Shown here piece after piece: positions 12,523-23,979 of a DNA stretch of 64,000 nt. Every line of letters begins with the position of its first letter. Position 1 is the stretch's first letter. Origin of the DNA: Anthoceros angustus (taxonomy: Eukaryota > Plantae > Anthocerotophyta); contig MU008185.1 in the NCBI GenBank assembly GCA_010909165.1, positions 310,001 to 374,000 on the forward strand. The letters are read 5' to 3'. Position numbers and translations under genes: made by a program. A model generated the notes under the pieces. It had not been told where the DNA came from and made no database searches. It worked only from the letters and a program-made list of their open reading frames with translations.

Positions 12523-12885
12523 CTACGGTGACACGGGAATAAGCATCTGCAGCTCCCCGTTCTTGAGCACAAACGGATCAGCCAGTCCTCCCAGGGGTTC
12601 CAGCTTCACCACCTCATTCACGTCTCCAAAATTCTGCCGCTGCGCTCGGACTTCAATGCAGGAGCGGCCGAAGAACATGGAGATGCAGACGCTGCGGAGG
12701 CGGCCGAGGTTGGATGCGTCCCTACTGATGTCAAACAAGAAAGATCCTTCGAGCTGCACTCCTCGCTCCGTGACATACAGTGGAGTCGGAGACGGCGAGC
12801 TGAAGAGCTCGAAGCGGATGCCTTGCTGATCGTCCACGGCGGGGCAGTATCGATGCTTGACGCACTGGTCGATGCCTAGCCTGTC
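12523..12885 (-). pseudogene. Duplicated 3' fragment of the HSPA12-like gene
   Basis: Identical to the C-terminal ~120 codons of 14218-16302. Confidence 0.9.
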
Positions 12886-13378
12886 TCCTTCAATGTGGAC
12901 TCAGAATTTGTCTTTAACATCTTGCTTTGTCAGATCAAGAGTGCACGTGAGTCTGCGAATCGGACAGTGATAAACAAAGAACGGATCATCTATTCGACCG
13001 AGAAGGACTTCTCTGAGCAGGACTACGAGGCTCAGGAATGGAGAGGCAACTGAGAGAAAGGCAAGCTCAACAGGCCACCAGGTCAGGAAAGCTGAATCCA
13101 GCTGAAAGCTATACGTCATAATCTCTTGTACAGTTGCAAGAGACCGCAGATGGGCATCTCTCTCCCAAAATCGTACATAGGGACACGTCAGTGTAATTCC
13201 AGACTGTACTGTACACCTCTTTCTGTCGGATTGTCGGGAAGTGCATTGCAGTGTCCAGATTCAAGATTCCCGATGCAGTGGATACAGCCCACCGAAAAAC
13301 AGATTCCTCACCACCACAAGACCTGTCCACTTACAAGCTCCTCTCATCCTACTCGCTGCTTCAGTCTAGAATTCAGAC

Positions 13379-13980
13379 ATGGCAGGAGACAAGGCGTGGA
13401 CGGCTTGCCTGCAGACTGTGTGCGTACTCGTGGCAATGTGCGAGGCACTGGACCGAGCAAGTGCAGAGGTGGAGCACATGAAGAAGCTTCCAACATCCAC
13501 CAGGTCGGGCGACATCACCACCATCCACTTCTTCCAGGACTTCGAAGACCGCTCCTGCACCACGGTTTTCAGGCCGTCCCTGTGAGCGGCAGCGTGGTGG
13601 AGTTCGGGCAGGGCAGAGTCTTCGACTACCCGTGACAGCCAGCGCCGAGCCGAAGCCTCCTCCTCGGCGAGCCCGCGGCATCCACATCTACGAGTCTCTG
13701 GATGCCGACGGTGTGCACGAGATGCTCACCATCTCCTTCAGCTCAGGCGAGTTCGCCCGCAGCTCCTGACCTTGGGAGGCCACGGCCCCGCAGACGCCCT
13801 CCTGCACGAGCTTCCTGTGGTAGGCGGCACCGGGGTGTTCAGATTCGCTCGAGGCTCGGCCGTCTACCAGCAGGCACTGCCAGGCCAGTCCGACACGATC
13901 TATTCTGTGGAGGTGAGCCTCAAGGACGTCGAATGGCCCGGTTCTGTCTTACCTCACCATCAGCTGTGGAAGGAATGTAG
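13379..13980 (+). pseudogene. DIR: Second dirigent copy, frameshifted as assembled
   Basis: Same sequence as 11677-12285 but with several 1-2 nt deletions in G/C runs. Confidence 0.8.
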
Positions 13981-14217
13981 AATCATGCAGCCTTCCCTGC
14001 TGTGATTGCAATGCCCTTCCTGACACGGCTATGCATTTGACACTTCTTCAATCTACTACGATGACATGGGAACCGACATATGCAGCTTCCTCCACGTTTT
14101 TGGAACGGGCTTGCCATCTTCTCCAATCTGACCTGCCATGTGGCAACCGATATCAGTATATGCAGCTTCCTCCCCGTTCGTTCTTGGAATGAGTGCTTCT
14201 TGTGCTCCTTCAATATG

Positions 14218-16302
14218 CTACGGTGACACGGGAATAAGCATCTGCAGCTCCCCGTTCTTGAGCACAAACGGATCAGCCAGTCCTCCCAGGGGTTCCAGCT
14301 TCACCACCTCATTCACGTCTCCAAAATTCTGCCGCTGCGCTCGGACTTCAATGCAGGAGCGGCCGAAGAACATGGAGATGCAGACGCTGCGGAGGCGGCC
14401 GAGGTTGGATGCGTCCCTACTGATGTCAAACAAGAAAGATCCTTCGAGCTGCACTCCTCGCTCCGTGACATACAGTGGAGTCGGAGACGGCGAGCTGAAG
14501 AGCTCGAAGCGGATGCCTTGCTGATCGTCCACGGCGGGGCAGTATCGATGCTTGACGCACTGGTCGATGCCTAGCCTGTCTCCCTTCCTCACGAAGATGT
14601 GGAAACCATCTCGGCATCGCAGCTTCCCGTTCCGCAGCACCTGCGATCCCGGCGGGTCCATGCTGCACGGGTCTCTGAATGTCGCGATTCCGTACGTCCT
14701 CCTGGCAATCCTGGAGGTGACGATGCTGCAAGGGGAAGCCCCGAGCGCCACTGCTCCCTGGCAGATGGCGCTGCCGGGGTCCGGGGGACAGATGATCTCC
14801 TCGACCTGCATCCCGAACGCGCCTCGCAATCTCCGGTTCAGGTAAGGCGAGGCCGAGAATCCTCCCACGATCATCAGCACCTTGATCTCGGCCGACATCT
14901 GTGCCCGGATCAGGTCCAGGATCTGGTCGATCACTGGATCGAAGATGTCCTTCATCTGAGATGCGGAGATGGTGAGCTCGTCGTAGTTGTTGCTGGCCAA
15001 GAACTTCCCGTTGCCTAGGTCATGGCGCCTCCATGCCGCGGCCAGCTTGCGGGGAAGCTCGAAATCCAGGCTCTGGTCCCAGCCGGAGGAGCCGTCGAAG
15101 CTGCATTTTATCTCCTCCCATCGCCGGAGAAGGATCGGCGTGAAGGTAGGGTTTGCTCGGACGAAGGAGTCGAAGCATCCGATTCTGCGAGAGAGGAAGG
15201 AGAGGAAGTTCTGATCGACATAGGAGCCTCCGCAGAGGCCGCCTGTGCTCTGCTTGGCTTCCTGCATGCTGAGAGCGTTCAGGCCGTGGGTGGAGCTGGA
15301 CATGATGTGAACGACGATGTCCACTGTGCCGCCTCCGACGTCGGCTACCAGGAAGTGGGATCCCCTGCCCAGGCCCAGGAGCTTGGACTTGGTGAGGCAG
15401 TAGACGGAGGCAGCCTCGGATTCCAGGACGATCTGCAGGGGATGCGGGCTGGCTGAATTTGCTGCTCCGTCAGGGCAGAACATGCCTGTCACCATGCCTG
15501 CCTTCTCTGCACAGCTCCGCATGTGCTGCTTGGCTCGGTCGTCCCAGATGGCAGGGACTGTGAGGCACCATTGGACCTGCCTCTTGGTGAGGTGCTTGCC
15601 GTATGTGTGTTGGAGATGGGCCATGATGAAGTCCGCCATCCTGGCAAGGTAGTCCGAGATGGCCCTCTCAACGCTCATGCCAGGGGGGAGGTCGTCCAGG
15701 ACGGAGAGGGCCAGTACGTCATGCTTCTTGCGTTCGCACTCCACCTCTGCCTTGATGCTGTCCCATGCTGTGTCGGGGGTGCCATGGTCCTGGCTGCTGA
15801 AGATCCTCTTGGTGAAGTGCAGTGCCGAGGACAGCAGTTTGGTCTGCCTCCCTCTTCCTGGGCCTGGAGCAAGAAGCAAGTCCGGGCTCCCAGCAGGGAG
15901 CGGGGATTCTGGCAACCGGCTTGCCAGACGGACTTTGAACCTCTTGACCAGGTAGCCAACCTCCTCTTGCAGATCCTCAACGTGTTGCTTCTGATCCCTT
16001 TTACACCAGGCCTGAAGGGCTTCCAGATAGCCCACCTGTGCAGACCACCCCCAGTTCCTCAACACGTAATCCGCGTCGCTGCGATGGGAGCCTGTCCCCC
16101 TTGCGAGGACGTAGTGAAGGCTGGTCTGTGTCTTGCAGTAAGGCTTGCTGCCTCCCTTCACCTGGTTGGGCCACTCGTAGAAGGTGTTGATCCGGTCGGG
16201 CTCACTCTTGTGGCAGAATGCAAATCCAGAGAAACTTGTCCCGAAGTCCAGGCCAACCACCACCTTGGCTCCTGTCTCACCCTCATCTTCCTCAACCTCC
16301 AT
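14218..16302 (-). CDS. HSPA12-type (atypical) Hsp70 / actin-like ATPase, intronless
   Basis: VVGLDFGTSFSGFAF, YCKTQTSLHY, WGW, QWCLTVPAIWDDRAKQHMR, ESEAASVYC, VADVGGGTVDI, GGLCGGSYVD, VGGFSASPYL, ARRTYGI; first ATG at 16302. Confidence 0.9.
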   Translation of the reverse strand: MEVEEDEGETGAKVVVGLDFGTSFSGFAFCHKSEPDRINTFYEWPNQVKGGSKPYCKTQTSLHYVLARGTGSHRSDADYVLRNWGWSAQVGYLEALQAWCKRDQKQHVEDLQEEVGYLVKRFKVRLASRLPESPLPAGSPDLLLAPGPGRGRQTKLLSSALHFTKRIFSSQDHGTPDTAWDSIKAEVECERKKHDVLALSVLDDLPPGMSVERAISDYLARMADFIMAHLQHTYGKHLTKRQVQWCLTVPAIWDDRAKQHMRSCAEKAGMVTGMFCPDGAANSASPHPLQIVLESEAASVYCLTKSKLLGLGRGSHFLVADVGGGTVDIVVHIMSSSTHGLNALSMQEAKQSTGGLCGGSYVDQNFLSFLSRRIGCFDSFVRANPTFTPILLRRWEEIKCSFDGSSGWDQSLDFELPRKLAAAWRRHDLGNGKFLASNNYDELTISASQMKDIFDPVIDQILDLIRAQMSAEIKVLMIVGGFSASPYLNRRLRGAFGMQVEEIICPPDPGSAICQGAVALGASPCSIVTSRIARRTYGIATFRDPCSMDPPGSQVLRNGKLRCRDGFHIFVRKGDRLGIDQCVKHRYCPAVDDQQGIRFELFSSPSPTPLYVTERGVQLEGSFLFDISRDASNLGRLRSVCISMFFGRSCIEVRAQRQNFGDVNEVVKLEPLGGLADPFVLKNGELQMLIPVSP

Positions 16303-16685
16303 CGCCACCTCGGAGAATCAACCTTCTTGCAGATCAGGCCAAGCTTCTGAAATCAAGAACGCAATTGCAGCCTGGGTGAGGATACGTGGGATTGACAGAA
16401 CTCATCTGCCTTGCCTTAGCTGCTGCGCACTGACAGATTTTCTGGAGAACAATCCTCCTTTTTCCGTTGCGCATTCTTGATCTGCAATCGACACTTCTTG
16501 CGCGTGCGCAGGATGGAGTAGCTTCACATCTTGGCAAGAATTTGGGCGTGCTCGATGGCAGGCGAGAAAGACCTTCGCAAAGCCAGGACCGGGTCAAGAC
16601 GGTTATTTCAGTCAGGTTGCATTTACATATTGCTCTGCGTCTGTGCAGCCAGCTGACAAGTTTGAAGGACATGTATCTCTACATA

Positions 16686-19365
16686 TTAACTCAAGCTGGA
16701 CCCTTTCACCGGCTCCAAGCAGATTTCGAGCAGGAGCTTGGAGCCCCGAGCTACCCCCTTTTTGGAATGCAAGGGGACGACGCGTATGCCAGGCTGCAGT
16801 ACCTTTACAGGAATGCAAGCTTGTCCGGCAAAGTCGTTACGCTGGAATTTGTCTTCCTCCCACACTTCCAGCCTCAGTACCGCGATTTCTGGGACTGCAA
16901 TCAAATGGGTCTTAATCAGTATCAGCATTGTCCACAGGTAAGTGACCTAGAACTTGTTCAGTCTCCTACAGTCCATGCTGTCGTCAACAGTGAAGAAAAT
17001 TGCACACCTGTCAGGGGGAATTCGTATATCTCTGTCTCCCAAAGTGGCTCCCTGCCCTTGTAAGCAACGGGAGTTTTGTGATCAGCTTCGTCAGCGGCCA
17101 CACCATGAATGCCCACCTGCCATGCTTCCAATGTGAGAAATGGAAGACTGAAAAGGCCTGAGATACATCTAAAAAACCGCAAATGTTAGCCATCTGACCT
17201 TAACATAAAAATCAGGCTTCTTGAAAATATCGAAATGCTTGTGCCAATCTGTTCCCGCCAGCACCCTTATCTACATTCGAGCACATTCCAAGGACGCAGT
17301 TAGGCTGTGACTGGACAGCAACGAAAAGAGCAGATATAGGACACAAACTCCTGTGTGTCTATACTGACCTTCAGAATTAGCGTCGGGGCCGCATTTTGTA
17401 TGTCAGCCGCACGGTCTTCGAGGAAATGGTCAGGCTTCTTGACGTAACCGCACCGACCATTAGCTTTGAAAAAAGCTCGAGCAATCCAAGTGGCACGATT
17501 AGACCCTTGCATGTTCATTGCTGCGAGTTGGAAACCATAACCCCAGGCATGCATTGGGTCTGCATTGGAAGAATCAAAACGCAGGCCAAATGGATACATC
17601 CTTCCAAGATTACTCCTCGTGTATCTGCAATTATCAACACAGTTTTGCCTTCCATAAGCCACCGCCAGACGAAGCCCATCAAATTTCCAGCCAAGGCACA
17701 CAAAGCGTCCACAAACAACGAACTGTGGGCCAGCAAAAACCCAAGTCTCTAATGCACGTCTCTTACTTACTTAAGGAGGCACCCAGGATTCTTCTCGATT
17801 ACTCGCTTTAGTTGAGGCTCACTCATGTTGGCCATGGTGCAGGTTTCACCAGCTACAAGCTCATCCTTGACTGCTTGCTTCATTTCTGATGGCTTCTCAC
17901 AATAGATGTAAAGAAGATGTTCAAACTCTGTGGCTATCTCACGCTCCTCCTCAACAGAGTCTGGCTTGTGGTGTGCGATGGCATCCATGGCAGCAGCTGC
18001 CTTCTGCACCGTAAAATGAGCTGCCTTTGTCTTTGTCCCCTTGATGCCTGGTCCCAGCTTCCTCGGTGGGTCATTTTCAACCGGTCTCTCTCCTATGGCT
18101 GCTACTTCTGGCAAAATGTCCACAGCGCCATCAGGATCTTCTTGCACCTGTGGCACATCAGGGCACGTACAAACTTTCAGGTGGAGGAACAACGTTCAGC
18201 AGGCTCAACAGCCAGCAGTGGCTTTATCCAACGCTACAAAGAAAGGGACATACCTGCTCCCCAACACTTTCGGAACGTGGTTTATCAGATATGATGATTT
18301 TCCCCTTCAGATCCTCTGGAGAACGATAGACCTTTGGTGGCCTCTCCTCTGCTGGGGGAATAAAGAGGAGGTCCCCCAGTGTAGAAACCAGTATCTGCCA
18401 AACGGCAGCAAGCAGAACCAGGTTACACAGACACTGGTCTGTCTCATCTCCTAAACCACAAAACTAGGAGGGGGACTCGGGGGATCACCTGGGCGGCTTG
18501 CTGCTGTAGGTCAAGTGACAAATGATTCTCAATCGTTATAATCACTGGATACTCGGATGCAACGAACGCATTCTCCTTGATTGCCGTTATACAGTCCGCA
18601 AAAGGTACAGCCTTTGTCAACGTGCTGAAGGAAGAGCAGGATGAGTTTAACAGAGGCCACAACAGTGCAGACAGCACGGATTTCACCAGCTATGGCTCTA
18701 GAAGGAGGTCAGAGTACTTACCCCCCGTGCAGAACCATGATTTTTCCCTTCCGTCCCCAGCAGTCGAGTTCAATGACACGGCACCCATCCAGTAAAGCTT
18801 TCACGATAGGCTCGGTGCTTGATCTCGACGTCAGTTGATTCCCAGTCAAGTAAGAATTGTGGCTCGTGTATATGTAATAGTGAGGGAGAGGGGCTGTCAT
18901 GTCTTGAGTTGGCTGTGCGACTCAACACATCACCATTCATACCGTGACAAGCTGGACAAAGTGGGACTCCACCTCTCACAAAGCCCAAAACCAACAAACG
19001 GCTGTTGTTACCTTCGAGCTGGTTGCCTCTGCACTATTGTGACCATTGTGCAGCAGATAGTTGTAAAATCCTTGCAGATCAAGCTCGGCCTTACGGATAC
19101 TCTCTCTGCTGCCATGTGAACCGAATAGACGGTGAGAATGAGAACTTCCTTCCGAATTGCATTTCCCAATTATGTCCGCAGCTTTCACCTCGTCCACAGA
19201 GGAATCTCCCTGCACCCTCGAGATGAAACCAGAGAGATCCAGGGCATTCATGTATTCCTTCCCATCAGTAGCCTCGTTAAACAGCCTCTTAACCAGTGCT
19301 GGCACAGTTCTCACTCGCCCCTGGTGGAAATGCACCTCGGGGAGACACCGAAAAAGACCCGGCAT
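16686..19365 (-). CDS. PLC: Phosphoinositide-specific phospholipase C (EF-like, X, Y, C2 domains), multi-exon
   Basis: [64 protein letters not shown]2 domain [11 protein letters not shown]...GIRVVPL. Confidence 0.95.
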
Positions 19366-20732
19366 GGTGACCCACTCGCTCAATATCCTGCCAAGGCACC
19401 GACCCTTTTTCAGCCATGACCCATCATGCACTACCTTCCACCATCACCAGTTGCCCATGGATCGACATTCGCAGGAAAGAGAATTCACAACCTTTGACTA
19501 TGATCAGGACTTGGGGCAGCAGCGGGGAGAGGCAGACACTGGCCCATTACGATCTACCAAACCCAGTCGCTCCTTCAAGACATGAGACACGGATCGACTT
19601 GCATTGCGAGCTGGTACACCAGGAGCCCTATCTGTTAGACCCAACTCCTCGCCTACATCGCATTTCACAATCCTCGCATTGCCACCCAAATCACTCCATT
19701 CCGCGCAACAACTGGCTTACCGCAGCTCCGCCTCTACCACGACACAATGGACAAGCCTTGGGTCTGCCTTCCAGGTCGTCTCATCCGCATCACAGCGCAG
19801 CTAGCAAGCTACCTGTGTTCCTAGAGGAGATCCACTGTCGCATTTCTAAAATAACACCGTTGCAGAGCATGATCATGCCTTACCTTTGTATCTGACTTCC
19901 GATTCCGCGCCCCGCCAAAACTCTGCGACCACTGCCGTCGACTCCTAACCACTCGGATGCGAAAAGCGCGCAGAGTCACTCCCCGCGAGCTCCAACTGGC
20001 ATCCCTTGTTCTTCTTCTTGTGAAATGGTGAAATGGTGATACCAAACACGGCGTAAGGAGCTGCCTTGACAAACGAACTTCTGCCTGGAGGAGGCAGCAG
20101 CGCAGACGCGTTGTCGACTTTTGTGCCCTTCACGTGTCCTTCTCTCATAGTATACTGTAAACTACTGTATGTTTTGCGCTAAGAGACAACGTGCCTGCTC
20201 CCGCTCCCAAGCCCCGTGCCGTCCACAAACATATCGTCGGCCTTCTCTAGGAGAAGTTTGACCACATTTCCAAGGCCATCCCGATACGAACCTGAGCTTC
20301 TCATCTGACACTCTTTGTTGTCTTATGCATATTTTATGGATGTAGTCTTCGGAGTGTGTTATAGACTCGTATGCCGGATAGCGTACTGCAACAGGAGGCC
20401 TGACCTAGGGCATCGGGGCATCCAGGGGTCTAAAACGTGGTAGGCCTTTTCTGTACGGGATCTTGGATCCTGTTGTTGCCGGCTCATGGCGGGAGCCGGA
20501 AAGCGCAGAACTGGAACCGAGAACAACAATCAATCAGGTGGGCGCTGGAGGAGCAGAGGAATTGGGACAGGGTTGTTGATTTGAATGGATGCCGCATGCC
20601 TTGCCTTGTTTTTGTTTAGCAGTGCTGCTTTCTCAACAGTGGGAACCCTGTAATGGAGGAGGCTTGGACATGCGAGATGGGTTCAAGAAGGTCTGAGCAA
20701 CCCGTGGATGCTGATGTTGGGTGACAGGGAGC

Positions 20733-21543
20733 ATGGAGCAGCCGGGGAGGTTGATGGACGAGCTCAGCAAGCTGAGCATTGATCAACTGAAGCAGGTGAA
20801 GGAGCAGTATGATGGGGAGCTCTCCGTGCTGCAAGACAGTTTGTCCAGCATCCGGACGGCTGCTACTCGTTTCGAGATGGCTGCCAAAGCTGTGCACCAG
20901 CTGTCGCAGCAGCCCGCTGGTCCGCCCTGGCCCTGGCTGCGTTTTGCTGTGCTGCAACAGGTTTTAGGTTTGTTTGTTGATGCGCATGCTGCATCTGGTT
21001 TGGGTGGCAGGGAAGGAGCTCTTAGTGCCTCTGACGGCTTCCCTGTACGCGCCGGGAAGGCTAGCGAATGTGGATAACGTCCTCGTGGATGTTGGAACCG
21101 GTTACTACATACAGGTGTAGCTTCAGGTTCACAAAGTTGCTGGTCTTTTCTTCCAAGGGATTTGGGTGCCCAGGTGGCCGTTTGGAGGTTGCCAGCGTCC
21201 CCATGCTCAGAGTTTTGGCTGGACTGGTTTTGCAGAAGACGTTACCTGAAAGCAAGGACTACTGCGAGCGGAAAATCCAGTTTTTGAGAGCCAACCACGA
21301 CAAGCTGGTCGAGGTGTGTATGAGCAGTGCTTCAGCTTGCCTTTGCATCAAACGAGGGCGGGTGCAAGTTTGCATCTGAGGTTCGCGTTTAGGGTGACTG
21401 ACGAATTCTGGCTGCTGTCTGCTTTGCAGGTGGCTTCGGAGAAGAAACGGGTGGTTGATCAAGTCAGCATCGTATTGCAGGCAAAGAGCCGGCCAGCAAT
21501 TCCATCGGCCAGAGCAGCGGCGGGCCCGATCTTGAAGGGATAG
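20733..21543 (+). CDS. PFDN5: Prefoldin subunit 5 (alpha type), 4 exons
   Basis: [44 protein letters not shown]. Confidence 0.92.
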
Positions 21544-22229
21544 ATTCCTGACTGAGCGCGAGAATTACACTCTCTTGCTTCCACCGTCGTGTGAAGAGGA
21601 TGGACTCCACCAGAAGTGTGTGTCGGGCTCAGTGATATGGTCGCGCAACATCTTTTCGGTGGTTGGTGCGCTGACGCGCTCATGGAATCAGTGTCTGGAG
21701 AGCCCTAGGACAGGAAATGGTCACTTATGTTTAGGAGGGCAAGATGGAATTGTCGGCCATCGTCGGTCACTCAGGGATCCGGAAGATGGGTCTTTCGAAA
21801 GAGATTCTCAACACATTCGAGAGTTGCATGCGGCTCACTGCTGCAACTCTGGCGTTGCGAGCTCGGGCCCATCAGCATGGATACCAAGCCGCAATTGTTT
21901 CAGGGTTTAGTGTGTGATGGAGGGCCACATGTTTCAGTGTCTAGACCGACCGACGATGGAGCCGGACTCTAGTGATGCTGCTATGTCACATGATCGCAAT
22001 ACCCATAAGAGTCATTCATGTCCTGTGTGAATGTTAATCTAATTGAAAGAACAATATCACTAGTTGGAACTTTAACATAAATTCTTATTCAGCAGAGATG
22101 GTACTGCAAGGCTCCTTTGAGCGAGGGCGCGCCACAACAAACCTAAACGTAGGAGGACGTGGCCACCATCTTTGGCACTCTCTTCCCAAATAGCAAGCTA
22201 GCAAGTGTCCTTTGGAAAGATAAGATTTA

Positions 22230-22754
22230 TGTGGAAGGATAAATGCAATGATCGAAGTGATCTCTTTTGCCCAAGCTGTGATGATTCAAGAAGTGATCTC
22301 TTTTGCCCAAGCTGTGATGATTCAAGCAAGCCGTAATCCTTCTGCCCAAGCTGTAATGATCCAAGCAAGCCATGATCCCTTCTGCTCAAGCTGTGATATC
22401 CAGTAAGCCGTAATCCCGTCTACCCAAGCTGCGACTTAAAGCCAGGAGCTGTATAGAGCTATATATGCTTGCTCAAGTGAAGAGTATCAACCAGCTCCTC
22501 TTCCTCTTTAATTGCTCCTCTTCCTCTTTAATTGTTTGCTTGAGTATCAATCAGCTCCTCTTCTTCTTCAATTGTACAAGTGTGGTTTGCAAAGTGATGT
22601 TCAATTGTACAAATGTGGTTTGCAAAGTGATGAAAGGGTCTTGAGGAAGCTTGGCCAGTGTTGTCAGGCCGCGTTGAATTTGAGCAATGTATAAGTGAAG
22701 GGTTGTATGTGCTTTGCCCTTAAGTGAGAATGACATATCACATTACCTTCAAAA
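22230..22754. mobile_element. Possible degenerate solo LTR
   Basis: Imperfect inverted ends TGTGGAAGGATAAATG / CATTACCTTCAAAA, internal minisatellite and a TATATA near 22460; no clean 5-bp TSD. Confidence 0.3.
22245..22432. repeat. Minisatellite, ~5 copies of a ~35-40 bp unit with core CCCAAGCTGTGATGATTCAAG
   Basis: Repeated (C)CCAAGCTG cores visible directly. Confidence 0.85.
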
Positions 22755-23979
22755 ATAATGTTTCAAAGATGTGTACCTTATCCTTTCCGGGTGGTATAAA
22801 TTGCCCGATACTACTAGACAATTTTAAAGTCCCTAAATTACTGGATATTTTTAGAAAATCCCAAAATCTTCCATTGCTAGACATTTTTAAAAACCTGCAA
22901 TTTCAATAAAGAGCAGAACCCATAACCTATGGGTTATGTCAGGCAATCGTGTCCTGTTTGCAGGCTAGGGACGTAGATAGCCTCCCAGTCGTGGCCATCT
23001 AATTGATATTCTTGTATAAATGGTCCGTCCTCTCATCTCTTCTCACATAATAAATTGTTATGCCATAATATTTTAAAGGATAATTACTCTTGATTATATC
23101 TTATGTATATATTTTATTTAAAATAAAATATTCTATTAATTATCCATGTTAGTTTCATCTTCCAATATTATAGTGCAGTAAGTGATTTCGAAACACATGG
23201 CCTTCGAAGTTCTTCGTGATAACGAGGCGTATTTATTTTGAGATAAATATTATGTATTATATATTTGAAGACCCTTAAAAGGAGCAACACGTTTCAGGTC
23301 ACATGCGCGTGCTGGTTGAAGACTTTGAAAGAAACCTACAAGGAGAAATGAAGACGACTTTTAAAGGAATCTACATGCAGAAATGAAGACTCCTACAAGG
23401 AGTAGCGACTTATTAAACATATGCTTGTAATACCATCTATACATGTGTGGTATGTACATTATATTTGGATGTCTTATCTCTAAGGTAGTTTTTTTTACTC
23501 TCTTATCGATACTATACGCTAGGGGATGTATGTTGTGTGCTGTTATTGTTTGTGTTGTACTTATCCTCATATTTTAACTTAATAAAATCATTATTTATAA
23601 TTCAATAATTTATTTTATCAGTGAATATTTTTCCATACCATAAAGAAGGGTACCATAAAGATGATATGATCTAGAAGCTTTAGATGCTGAGAGAAAATTA
23701 ATAACTAACTAGAAATTTTTATAAACTTGAGTTTGCTTATTTGAAGAGGTAGTTTATTCAGACACTGAATGTCGGGTACCTAGTGTGGGGAGGCCGGGAG
23801 GAAGGAGAAGTTACCTACCTATGTGGCTTATTATTGCACTTATGATACTTAGGTCTGCTGATGGACATAAATGCACGAAGGTTGAAGCCAGGAGCTGGGC
23901 GGATCGGAGGTAAGGAAAGGCTTTGCAAGGGTGTGCGGTTGTCGGTTTCGATGCCCCTGGATCATTTCTCCCGCTCAGC

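Larger units (their letters stand above)
11176..14583. repeat. Tandem duplication, unit ~1.7 kb (11176-12881 and 12882-14583)
   Basis: Copies nearly identical; TGTCTCC(C)TTC at all three junctions; starts within a (TG)n tract at 11162-11178. Confidence 0.95.

Noticed and set aside
15523-17063. 275-aa and 198-aa plus-strand ORFs
   Set aside because: Antisense shadows of the Hsp70 and PLC genes.
22245-22432. CRISPR-like periodic repeat
   Set aside because: No unique spacers, no cas genes, eukaryotic context; it is a minisatellite.
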